Part shown: in pieces, positions 47,601 to 56,186 of the stretch
Position numbering within the stretch: position 1 is the stretch's first letter
Layout: each line of letters starts with the position of its first letter
Source: a virus
Lineage: Duplodnaviria; Caudoviricetes
DNA length: 64,000 bases
Virus record (IMG/VR): IMGVR_UViG_3300010163_000018
Span: 1 to 64,000 of that record
Reading direction: 5' to 3' (one strand)
Notes under the pieces: generated by a model
Database searches by the model: none
What the model was told of the DNA's origin: nothing
Seen by the model: only the letters and a program-made list of their open reading frames with translations
Program-made: the position numbers and the translations under genes

Positions 47601-50600
47601 ATTTCGGTCGGTTCCAACGACATTGACATAGTGACTGTTACCACTCTTGGTACCGAAACCAGTACCACTGCCGAGAAGCGTAATTGGATTAGTTGGTGAC
47701 GCTTGTTTCAGTGAAGCCTGTGTAACTCCACCAACACGCATACCCATACCCATTGCACTACCAGTGCTAACCATTGATCCAACAGAAGTGCCTCTGCTTG
47801 GTTCATAAGCACCACTACCGGCCATTCTTGCTGCAAGTGAAGCAGGATTAACCTTTTCACCTGTTCGACGCGAGTATGCGTCAGCTAATACAACAGGACC
47901 ACATCCGCGTTCACCCATATTCATATAATTACCATATGAATGCTGGTTCATTGTTGTATTATTACCAGATCCATACATATATGACCATGAGTTGTTTACC
48001 GTGCTTGTATTTACATCACCGGCACCGAAGTCACTACCGAGATTAACCTTTTCTGTATCAACTTTAGGATCTTCCTTTTCTTCCTCCTTTTTGGAACCGT
48101 CTTCACCACCAGGTAGTATTGCTTGGAGTTGAGAGATCATTCCCTCAATACCTTGTTTCATCTGGTCTACACCTGATGTTATCATTGTCTTTGAGGTGTT
48201 GAGCATGTTCTTACCTGTATCGGCAAGACTATCTCCTACTTTACCTACACTACCACCTAAAACTGGGAATTTACCAATCAATTTAGCGACTGCACCTATG
48301 CCGAATAACAAACCACCCAACATACCGATTATAATACCCATTCCTATCTGAAGAATACCTGATATCATCTGAAGTTGATAACCGATGTTTTCAATGATAG
48401 GCTGAATTATTTGCATTATTATCATGATAGGAACCATGATAACATCTACTAATGCAGTTATGATTTCTAATATCGGAGTAAGGACATCAAGTAGTGTCTG
48501 AATGATTGGTTGTATTGCTTCAATAATAGGCTGAATTACCGCTATCAACGATTCTGCTATTGTAACAACTGTTTCGGCTATTGTGGTAACCATGTCTTTG
48601 AGTATTGATACTATGGGCTTAATTAACTCCATAACAGCTTCAAATGCTTGATTCAACGGTTCAAGTCCCTCAGTCAGTATACTCATTACGAGGTCTTTAA
48701 GAGCCTGAAGTCCTTCCAAGCTTGCTACAATCGATACAATCAATTCACCTATACCGAGTAATGCCTGCGAGAATCCTCCGAATATCTCACCGAGATTACC
48801 GAGCATATCACCGATAAGACCACCCTTTTTATTAGAACCACCACTGCTACCAGCTGATCCTGCATCGGGTGTAGATGAGGTTGGTGTCGATGATTCGCCG
48901 GAATCTGTTGATCCTTCTTCTCCACTACCACCAGTACCGGCTGATCCTGCATCGGGTGTAGATGAAGTAGTCGTTTCATCTGAAGGAGGTGTAGTTGATG
49001 GATCCGTTCCTGTATCAGTAGAATCTTCTCCATTTTCAGCAACCTGTTCATCATGTATCAGCCCAAGTTTCTCAGCAATTCCCTTCAGTGATTCATGCAT
49101 CTTGGATATGATTGATTCTTTCTTTCCAGTGATAGTATCCTCGATGTTTGCCTGTATAGGATTTGCCTCACGAGCTTCCTTTTCGGATTGCTTCTTTTTC
49201 TCCTCAGCAGCTTTTTCTTTAGCCTTTTTGAATCCCTTTGTCATTCCGGATGTAAATCTACCACCAAGAACTTTCAGTCTACCTTCACCATCACTGGATC
49301 TTTTATTCTTTATCTTAGAAACAGCGTTCTTAGCGAACTGTCCAACCTTGCTGTCTGCAATACTCTTCATTGCTTCTTGTATTTTGTTTTTTACACTCGA
49401 CATTACATTCTCGGCAAAATCTTTTAATGAACTACCAACCTTGCCTAAGAACCCTACAACCAAACCCACAGCTTGACCGATCTTCGAGTTCTTTATTACC
49501 GACGTAACTTTCCCAAATTTATCCTTGAAATCTGATATTATGTTCTTAAATGATTTTGTAACATCGGTTGATATATTCTCGAAAGACTGTTTCAGTACCT
49601 TTTTAGGATCTTTAAGAAGATCAGCAACAGTCGCAGTGTTGGTCATCTTCTTTCGTTCTTTTTCTCTACCTTTTTTGTCGGTGTATGTTTCTCTCGCAAT
49701 AGAACCATCGTCATTCCGTACCCATTGACCTGTGAACGTTGTATTGAGTATCTTATCTTTAGCTATGCCTGCCACTTCTCGGGTTGTAAGGACATTTCCT
49801 TTTTTATCTGTAATATGTTTGGAAAACTCCATGTCACCGATTTTATTTACAGCTTTCTTTCCGAGGTTTATTGCTCCCGCATATACTTTTTTCGGGGCTT
49901 CAATAGCAAGGTTCCTTATAAGTCCCTTGTTCTCCGATATAACGTTACCATTTTCATCTTTTTCTTTTGAACCGAATAAACCGTCCTTCATTGAAAGGAG
50001 ACCATATTTCAGATCCCTCATGCCTTTCTCAGCTATCTTCATTACGAATTTAGCAATTTTACCAAGTACCTTAGTAATACCAGAAAGACCTTTTTTAATT
50101 ACCTCGAACGGAGATGAAGCTTCGTCACCAGAATCCTTTTGAGGTTTTTCTGGAGCATCTTGTAAAACAGAACCGATTTCAGGAGTTTCACCATTAGCAA
50201 GTGCTGTTTCTCCCTTCTTACGTTTCTCCTTTATCTCGTCTATTTTTCTTATATCTTTGATATGTTGAAGTATTGCAGTTTTGACTTTACTGTCATCTAT
50301 TGATTCTGCCATCAGTTCAGCATCATCAAGAGCACCATCTCCAATATATTGAAGAGCTAACCGTGCCTGTGATAATGCCATATCATCAGACAATTCCTCA
50401 GGATCAAATTCGAAGTTCTTTACACGATTCTCTGCACCTTTTAATGCCATACTGTCGACATTGTATATAGCATTATTTGCAAGTCGTCCACCAGTCTGTT
50501 TAATTTTCTGGGCATGCTCATTGCTGTCAATTTTACTCTTGACTTTACCGGCAACTTCTTTAACTTTACCCTTCGCTCTATCAACAAGACCGTCTTCACC

Positions 50601-52793
50601 GAAAACCTTTTCCTGTGCTTCTTTCACTCGGCTATCATATGCATACCTGCCAGTGACATATCCTGTGGCATCCTTGATTTTCCCCATTGCCTGAGAAGCA
50701 GCTTGCCCAACTTTACCTTCCTTTCTGAATAGGCCCTTAATATCATCCTTCAGTGTACCGCTCAATGCGCGATCAATTAAGGATCCCATTCCTCTACCAC
50801 CGGCAATACCTAAGAAGTTTCCGAGGAAGGAACCCAATCCGCTTCCTCCTCCGCCAGAGCCTCCTCCACCAGCATTATTACCAGTAAGAGAATTCATAGT
50901 ACCAGACATTACACTGTTTACAGTCTTCTTGATGAGATCATCATCGTCATTTACACCACCACCGTTGATCAATGCAGCCATTGCTTTACCAAAGGCTTGA
51001 TCAGTTGTTGGTAATGGTTTGTCTGGGTTATGCTCAAGATCAAGTTCAGGGAATGGATCCTTTCCTGTCGTACGAACATTGATTCCTCGGTTCAGGAGTC
51101 TAAATATATTACCAAGGTATTCATTGTTGGTATATTTTTCATTTGATCCGGATGCGGTTTTAATTCTACCATCGGTAATTTTACCACTATCATCCGAGCT
51201 ACCGCTTTCACCAGGTTTGATGTATTGATCTTTATGTTCATTCCAGAATTGTGACATTACCATTTTCTGGGTGATCTTAGATGCTTGTGTTGCATTTCTC
51301 TTACCAGATTGAGAAAAATCAATGGCATCAGACATCATATTTTGTAATGACTGATTTATGTTCTGGATGAATGTTTGGGAATTCATTATTCCAGATGACA
51401 ATTGTAAAATGATCGTGTTACAAACAGAAGCCCAGTATTCAGGATCGTTCTTCAAACCACATAATGTTCTAACAGCGGGAATGACATATTGACTCATGTC
51501 TCCCTTAAGATCTGTTAATCTGAACTGTCTGCTTCCCCTTTGGTGTAAGTCCTGGACAATAACTGCGTTCAACGCTTTAGCGGCAGTATCAACATCAGCC
51601 TCCGAGAATTTATCACCAAGAGTCTGTTTCCCTACAGTATTAATACGGTCCTGAACTGTCTGTGATAATCCAGTTGATGCAAATGCCTGTTTTGTTACTG
51701 AAGCAAATTCATTCTTTGCAGGGCCTTTAACCCAACCACCGTTGTTACTGATATGCCAAGAAACACCCGAGATAGATTCATTAATGTTAGCGAGCATTTC
51801 AGGAATAAGATTGACGATTGTATGGCGGGTCATTCCATCGAACTGTGCCTTCTTGGTATCATATGAATTCTTTATAATGGTTCCGTAATCTTTGTCGCCT
51901 TCGAATGATGTTATATCACCAAATAATTTTTGGAACGGTTTAGAACCAATTATCTCATTCATTGCAGCCTGTGTTGCAGTACCAATAGCTTCATTGAAAC
52001 GCTTACCTATTTCATCAATAGATTTACCACCAAGAGCATTGAACTGTTTATGGGTCACCATTTCAAGACCCATCTTGGCAATTTGTTCAGGGGATGTACC
52101 CTCGGCGAGTAATTGAGTAGCCAAGGATAGTGAGCTAACAACACTGTTACCACCCAGACCTCGTTTGGATGCTTCGAATATTCTACCTAACGAAAGCTTT
52201 CCATCAGAATATAATCCACCCTTGTCGATCTCTTTTTCTTCTTTTTTATCTTCAAATCCGGTTGTTTGAATTTTGATAATTTTGTCAAGACGATCACTGA
52301 TACCCAGAAGTGTTTTGTTGATATTGTTGATGGATGCGAGCATTTCAGATGATCTGTTGTTTACTACAGAAATTATTTCCGCTGTATTAGCAACACTTTG
52401 CTCTGTTTGACGACGTCCAATCTTAAGGGCTGTTGCGGATTGTTTGTTAGCTATGTCAGACATTGAATCCGCATCAAGAGCCTTTGGTCTATCCTCACCA
52501 TCCAGCTTTGCGCCTTCGGAATCATCTATCTTAAAACCAGCATCAAAGTCATCGCCCATAGATGAATCAAATGAATTCTCTTCACCATAAAACCAGTCGG
52601 AAATTTTCTTGGTAACATTTGAGGTCTTTAGCCTTGCAAATGTATCAGCTGCATCTGTTGTTGATTTAGTAAGATTACTTTTTATATCCTTGGCATCATT
52701 TATCAATGATTGGATATTCGATGTGTATTCTTTACCAGTCTCCTTAAGTGTGTTACTGATAATCTCAAAGCTTCGGTTAATAAATTTACTCAT
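44676..52793 (-). CDS. Tape-measure/tail-tip protein (2705 aa) with C-terminal C39-like, M23-like, phage-tail-lysozyme and NlpC/P60 domains
   Basis: Long helical region with amphipathic repeats (about 48250-48800). Hydrolase motifs: RGCGPVVLA...HYVNV (C39-like), GGLGNSV...YFHL...GSTG (M23-like), AAGMMGCFKHESNF...GIAQFT (lysozyme), PDCSG...EHVGMY (NlpC/P60). GGAGGAGG RBS. Confidence 0.8.
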   Translation of the reverse strand: MSKFINRSFEIISNTLKETGKEYTSNIQSLINDAKDIKSNLTKSTTDAADTFARLKTSNVTKKISDWFYGEENSFDSSMGDDFDAGFKIDDSEGAKLDGEDRPKALDADSMSDIANKQSATALKIGRRQTEQSVANTAEIISVVNNRSSEMLASINNINKTLLGISDRLDKIIKIQTTGFEDKKEEKEIDKGGLYSDGKLSLGRIFEASKRGLGGNSVVSSLSLATQLLAEGTSPEQIAKMGLEMVTHKQFNALGGKSIDEIGKRFNEAIGTATQAAMNEIIGSKPFQKLFGDITSFEGDKDYGTIIKNSYDTKKAQFDGMTRHTIVNLIPEMLANINESISGVSWHISNNGGWVKGPAKNEFASVTKQAFASTGLSQTVQDRINTVGKQTLGDKFSEADVDTAAKALNAVIVQDLHQRGSRQFRLTDLKGDMSQYVIPAVRTLCGLKNDPEYWASVCNTIILQLSSGIMNSQTFIQNINQSLQNMMSDAIDFSQSGKRNATQASKITQKMVMSQFWNEHKDQYIKPGESGSSDDSGKITDGRIKTASGSNEKYTNNEYLGNIFRLLNRGINVRTTGKDPFPELDLEHNPDKPLPTTDQAFGKAMAALINGGGVNDDDDLIKKTVNSVMSGTMNSLTGNNAGGGGSGGGGSGLGSFLGNFLGIAGGRGMGSLIDRALSGTLKDDIKGLFRKEGKVGQAASQAMGKIKDATGYVTGRYAYDSRVKEAQEKVFGEDGLVDRAKGKVKEVAGKVKSKIDSNEHAQKIKQTGGRLANNAIYNVDSMALKGAENRVKNFEFDPEELSDDMALSQARLALQYIGDGALDDAELMAESIDDSKVKTAILQHIKDIRKIDEIKEKRKKGETALANGETPEIGSVLQDAPEKPQKDSGDEASSPFEVIKKGLSGITKVLGKIAKFVMKIAEKGMRDLKYGLLSMKDGLFGSKEKDENGNVISENKGLIRNLAIEAPKKVYAGAINLGKKAVNKIGDMEFSKHITDKKGNVLTTREVAGIAKDKILNTTFTGQWVRNDDGSIARETYTDKKGREKERKKMTNTATVADLLKDPKKVLKQSFENISTDVTKSFKNIISDFKDKFGKVTSVIKNSKIGQAVGLVVGFLGKVGSSLKDFAENVMSSVKNKIQEAMKSIADSKVGQFAKNAVSKIKNKRSSDGEGRLKVLGGRFTSGMTKGFKKAKEKAAEEKKKQSEKEAREANPIQANIEDTITGKKESIISKMHESLKGIAEKLGLIHDEQVAENGEDSTDTGTDPSTTPPSDETTTSSTPDAGSAGTGGSGEEGSTDSGESSTPTSSTPDAGSAGSSGGSNKKGGLIGDMLGNLGEIFGGFSQALLGIGELIVSIVASLEGLQALKDLVMSILTEGLEPLNQAFEAVMELIKPIVSILKDMVTTIAETVVTIAESLIAVIQPIIEAIQPIIQTLLDVLTPILEIITALVDVIMVPIMIIMQIIQPIIENIGYQLQMISGILQIGMGIIIGMLGGLLFGIGAVAKLIGKFPVLGGSVGKVGDSLADTGKNMLNTSKTMITSGVDQMKQGIEGMISQLQAILPGGEDGSKKEEEKEDPKVDTEKVNLGSDFGAGDVNTSTVNNSWSYMYGSGNNTTMNQHSYGNYMNMGERGCGPVVLADAYSRRTGEKVNPASLAARMAGSGAYEPSRGTSVGSMVSTGSAMGMGMRVGGVTQASLKQASPTNPITLLGSGTGFGTKSGNSHYVNVVGTDRNGGAYVANPMTGKVERQSATSLTLNSKLGLYGSGDEENEYEQYGFDEATTEALNKLKTLTGKLTSIFTGDSKADSMKKTIEAADEENKAKTIKRELGDEYEAIEKQAKDQLKADNPKRDGEDDAAYETRMEKLWEKKGNSYIVKLGGQAAYDKGSERGKNMLKGAEEAAAGYEEASSAMEKIDLSEIDSAGSSGESALGAEMAPFSPIINTITDISDKTSSKSPVHDYFAATSGDAFDDDSKRLTSISTLDSGWYGKSDAPVSKEGVGSTGNDSEAIVINNGGNDDTVRAITGGTVTYVTRGGKHGNSDPNGGLGNSVKWRDSAGMYHWYFHLDEVDKAVQEGSNIEPNQILGKFGSTGMTGRSEDFKLLRYMVTKSNSRQTGDDGHINPLTYWKFEESGGELSGDTPEEQTYSYLVSAGMSPIGAAGMMGCFKHESNFQYDNLENIYQDKFGYKAGAEGDASYAADVDSKKESEDDFVYGRHATAYGGQTPGEAVGFGIAQFTSSGLKRDLYNKTVKKGKSITDKPAQLDAILSVLKERGIFEPIKNASNPVEANKIFLWKYEAGTGYTSDEQVLKAYPWMLQSNPNGVVARHNSAEEYYNSFGNKHISPSGSSNKASDKEGVINGRFVSTVSNATGGNKGDLIEAASQVWEAYTNKVPSGTYDHGNRGPVTTRSGITLEHLHPDCSGMLSATMNYMGYTFDPTKSQAGSCDKYRWCTYDIVGKRGSDGFILGPDGKPSDDWIFMDFDPNDMQEGDIITTQEHVGMYIQPGSDDQNALGFDAGNGSRTAIVGPGQAKSYLDGDPNWRSKLQWTMGPSYPGLRTTLRYVGSKAPAEDDSSNSKFAFSGATAPKGSGDVSDFWTDSVYGSNNVQMDVPPLDMSKLMDESNENNGVSPIIVNKYDIKPDQTNNSELLDKMSKMTFNVRARRVEQLLEELIEKIDGDKPKPQPTTDATDTNLFQSNDIPEQVTRLSRG
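48853..48965 (-). repeat. Exact 26-bp direct repeat (48853-48878 and 48940-48965) encoding SSTPDAGS in a low-complexity linker
   Basis: GCTGATCCTGCATCGGGTGTAGATGA occurs twice. Confidence 0.9.
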
Positions 52794-52836
52794 TTAACAT
52801 CCACCTCCTCCTTTATAAAATATAATAAACATTGGA

Positions 52837-52855
52837 AGGGCACATAACGTGCCCT
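52837..52855 (-). terminator. Hairpin between the neck-like gene and the tape-measure gene
   Basis: AGGGCAC-ATAAC-GTGCCCT, a few nt past the stop at 52868. Confidence 0.6.
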
Positions 52856-52867
52856 CCATTCCTTGTA

Positions 52868-53626
52868 TCAGAAGAATTGAATTAATTCGCTATCATCAAG
52901 ATGGAAACTCTGAGTCCATTCTTTGAGCAATTCTCTTTGAGCGGCTTCAGCACCTGACCACTCATCGATCTTAAGTTGTATTTCTTTAAATGCAGAGCCG
53001 ACGTTCTGCATGTTCTTCAGATTATTGTATAATGTCCTTTGAACATCCAGTGTTGCCAGTTCAACAAATGATGTATAAAATGAATCTTCGATGGTTTCCA
53101 ATGACATATCATGTTCACATTTTACATCAAACTTTATCAAACATTTTTCAGGAAAATGGAACAATTGTATCTTGTTATGACCCAAGTATTTTGAGTTAGG
53201 GACCTGTGATGTTACACCAAGAAATTTGTTGACGGCGGCGCCAGTCATAGTTGCATTGACGATGTCCTGGGGGTAATAGGAACCAAATCCAACAAATGGT
53301 GATCCAACGGTAAATGCATTTACACTTGCAGTACCCGGTTGATATGAAGCAGAAGCCATACAGGCATCAGCAGTTTTAACTCTCGTAATGAGCAAATTTG
53401 GTGGAATCAAGTATATTCCCAATTTCTTTGCAGTTTCGTTTGGAGATAATAGATCCTGCCGCATTGCATATCCTTCCCTGACATATGGCTTAAAGTCGGA
53501 GAATTCACGTACAGTTATCTTTAATATCTCCTGAATGACATTCTCAATAGGTTCCTTATATGGAAGAGCAATTCCATTTAAACCCTGAGAAAGTTTTATA
53601 TCATTCACTACATCAGTTATATTCAT
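52868..53626 (-). CDS. Probable neck/head-tail connector protein (T4 gp13-like)
   Basis: Size and position between head and tail genes. N-terminal helical EILKITVREFSDFKP and C-terminal IKIDEW...RELL pattern. Not a firm motif match. Confidence 0.4.
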   Translation of the reverse strand: MNITDVVNDIKLSQGLNGIALPYKEPIENVIQEILKITVREFSDFKPYVREGYAMRQDLLSPNETAKKLGIYLIPPNLLITRVKTADACMASASYQPGTASVNAFTVGSPFVGFGSYYPQDIVNATMTGAAVNKFLGVTSQVPNSKYLGHNKIQLFHFPEKCLIKFDVKCEHDMSLETIEDSFYTSFVELATLDVQRTLYNNLKNMQNVGSAFKEIQLKIDEWSGAEAAQRELLKEWTQSFHLDDSELIQFF

Positions 53627-54208
53627 TTAATCAGAACCTTTCACATATTTGTGCATAACAGGTGATTTTTTGTTTGAGAATTCGCGACGGGTCGCTTCAT
53701 CAAGATTAAATGCAAAGAACTTCGAATTTCCTGTAGTTAACCATAGATAGATCTTCATATCATCACGACATACTTTAGAAAGTTTTTTATACTGATTATT
53801 CGTCATTCTAACCAACGAATTCATTTCCGCCGATACAGTGTCAGCATTGATATACTTCTCCAATGTTCCCTGGAGAACCTTTGTCTTTCTCAGATATTCC
53901 TTGTTGATTTCTTTGAATTGTTCAAGGTTTATCTTCTTCCGGTACTCTTTATCGGTGAACATCCTGTCGTAGAAATTTCTTGAAATGGTCAGAACCTTTC
54001 CATCATACTTGTGATCGTCACCTTCCTCATACTGTTTATATCCGTCGAGGAATTCGATCATCTGATCGAGTATCTTGTCATAATCAAGTATTGTATATTG
54101 AACACGGTAGACATCCTTGGCATTGACGAAACCTTTAGCGACTTTCTCAAACAGGTTTCTGTCACGTTCAACAGAATCACGTGTCGATAATTCATTAGTT
54201 GATAACAT
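53627..54208 (-). CDS. Hypothetical virion-block protein, 193 aa
   Basis: GGAGGT RBS, abutting the next gene. Confidence 0.75.
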   Translation of the reverse strand: MLSTNELSTRDSVERDRNLFEKVAKGFVNAKDVYRVQYTILDYDKILDQMIEFLDGYKQYEEGDDHKYDGKVLTISRNFYDRMFTDKEYRKKINLEQFKEINKEYLRKTKVLQGTLEKYINADTVSAEMNSLVRMTNNQYKKLSKVCRDDMKIYLWLTTGNSKFFAFNLDEATRREFSNKKSPVMHKYVKGSD

Positions 54209-54222
54209 TTAAACACCTCCAA

Positions 54223-55524
54223 TCAAGTAGTGGGATAATTAACTCGCCAGATCTGCTCTGATCTGTTTATGGGACGAATACGGAGAATTTTCGCGAGAAG
54301 AGTTTCCAATTCCCGTTTCATCATCTCCAAGTATTGTTTGTTATGTGGGACAATATAACGAGCATCCTGTGTATCGAGTACCGTGAGATAGAAATCAACG
54401 AGTTCTATCTTTGAGCAAGTGTAACCGCTCAACATTGCCTGATCATTTGCAGAATGTATATCATTCATTTCGACAGTTATGTATGCTATAATGTCCCTTG
54501 GGATCGGCTTAAGTTTCTTGGGTTTCTTTGATAAGAAGCCTTCCTGCTTGACTTCTGGTACCTTGATACTGTTAGATGTAGCATTGTTAGCGGCGTTAGC
54601 AGCAGCTTTTGTGGTAATATCGGATTTTGTTTGTGCTGACATATGTGAAGGAACAGTATTAACAGAACCATTGACTGTTGCTTCCGTGGCAGCCTCTTCT
54701 TCAACTACCTCTTCTCCTTCTTCTGGAGAATCACTACTGTCATCAACTACTTCTGTTTCTGCAGTGCCTTCATCGCCGTCACCCGACTCTTTTATTGTTT
54801 CTTCGTCCTCTTCATCTTCGTCGGCATCGTTATCTTCGTTCTCATCTTTATCCTCGTCTTTGTCCTCACCCTTCTCAAGAGCGTCAATATCGAAATCATC
54901 ATAAGAATCGCAACAGTCATCATCTGTTACACAATCCTCAGGATCGGTATCACATATCTCATAGACATCTTTACGAAGACCCCTTATTTCTTTACCGAGT
55001 TCCATGCCGTATGGGACTTCCTTATCCTTCTCAATGTAGTTATCAACGACATCGGAAACATCATGTTTCTTAGATGAAAGGTCTTTGATAAGATTAACAC
55101 CATTCTGACGATCCCCATCATCAACACTAAATGAACCATCATCATGCATCTTACCAATGACGATTGCAATTATGGGTTTCAAATGTTTGGGTGTACATCT
55201 GCCATCATTTACCATGGCCTCATAAGGAATTGATGTACGTTCGATCATTGTCGCATTGCGATCAACTTCATCTGCATCATCGAATATAGTACCATTGGCA
55301 ATAGCCTGGGCAACATGACCCTCTTGAACATAAGTCATATCTTTGGGACACAATACCCTTGTATTGCCGTTGGTATCTTTGTATATTCTGACACCATTGC
55401 CAGCATATTCGTTGATAATGATATCACTCTTATCTGGATGACCTATGTGGGCATATTCAGATATCACAGAATATTTCTTCTGATTTATGAGGTTTTTAAC
55501 AATATCAAAATCAATACTACTCAT
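54223..55524 (-). CDS. Acidic head/scaffold-like protein
   Basis: Long D/E-rich tract plus IKE|S and KQE|G motifs before a compact C-terminal domain. The start is probably ATG 55524 (ORF track gives GTG 55536). Confidence 0.55.
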   Translation of the reverse strand: MSSIDFDIVKNLINQKKYSVISEYAHIGHPDKSDIIINEYAGNGVRIYKDTNGNTRVLCPKDMTYVQEGHVAQAIANGTIFDDADEVDRNATMIERTSIPYEAMVNDGRCTPKHLKPIIAIVIGKMHDDGSFSVDDGDRQNGVNLIKDLSSKKHDVSDVVDNYIEKDKEVPYGMELGKEIRGLRKDVYEICDTDPEDCVTDDDCCDSYDDFDIDALEKGEDKDEDKDENEDNDADEDEEDEETIKESGDGDEGTAETEVVDDSSDSPEEGEEVVEEEAATEATVNGSVNTVPSHMSAQTKSDITTKAAANAANNATSNSIKVPEVKQEGFLSKKPKKLKPIPRDIIAYITVEMNDIHSANDQAMLSGYTCSKIELVDFYLTVLDTQDARYIVPHNKQYLEMMKRELETLLAKILRIRPINRSEQIWRVNYPTT

Positions 55525-55575
55525 TATAAATAACACATCCGTTCTATATTAAATTTAATTTTGGAGGTTTTACCC

Positions 55576-56112
55576 ATGATCAATCAATTGAACGAAAACA
55601 TCATACCAATCTTATTATTGGTGATAATGGCATTAGTTGCAACAATACTTATTTCATTATTCATTTTCATATTACCAATGAAAAACAGAATAAATGAAAT
55701 GTCACGTATCATGTTCTTCTTATTAAAGAAAGATGAGAAGTACAATAACTCACATGACTCGATAAAACATGCATTGCAAATCATTAATGATAACATAGGG
55801 TCGTTATCCAGCAGTACCAGTCAGTCATTCGAGAAACTCGTTGCATTGACCAAACAGACTAACAGTATAACCATTCTACCAACACCTGAAAAGGCAAAGA
55901 TGATGAGGGAAACGATATTAGAAAACATAAACATGGAAGTGTTGTTATCTAAAAACATGCGAATACAAAATCCTAAATCTATTATACATATTGCCGAGAA
56001 TACCATAAAAACATATCCAGACATTGACGTGGAATTCACTGCCAAACTATGTTTGGCAATGATTGAAAATTACATGCTAACGATAGATGATCAAACAAAA
56101 GAAAATCAATAA
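55576..56112 (+). CDS. Single-pass membrane protein of unknown function
   Basis: GGAGG at 55563-55567 then ATG 55576. N-terminal hydrophobic IIPILLLVIMALVATILISLFIFILP. Confidence 0.7.
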   Translation: MINQLNENIIPILLLVIMALVATILISLFIFILPMKNRINEMSRIMFFLLKKDEKYNNSHDSIKHALQIINDNIGSLSSSTSQSFEKLVALTKQTNSITILPTPEKAKMMRETILENINMEVLLSKNMRIQNPKSIIHIAENTIKTYPDIDVEFTAKLCLAMIENYMLTIDDQTKENQ

Positions 56113-56156
56113 CCATAATTCGGGTGGGGCAATTGCCCCACCCAACTTTTATGGTT
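56111..56156. terminator. Bidirectional GGGGC-family hairpin ending the capsid transcript
   Basis: GGGTGGGGC-AATT-GCCCCACCC (56122-56143), extended by AACCATAA/TTATGGTT. Confidence 0.8.
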
Positions 56157-56186
56157 TATTTGGAATTATTACAAATGGCGTATTTA

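Noticed and set aside
48853-48965. 26-bp direct repeat as a mobile-element or CRISPR remnant
   Set aside because: Only two in-frame copies inside a Ser/Thr/Gly-rich linker of the tape-measure gene, i.e. an ordinary coding duplication.
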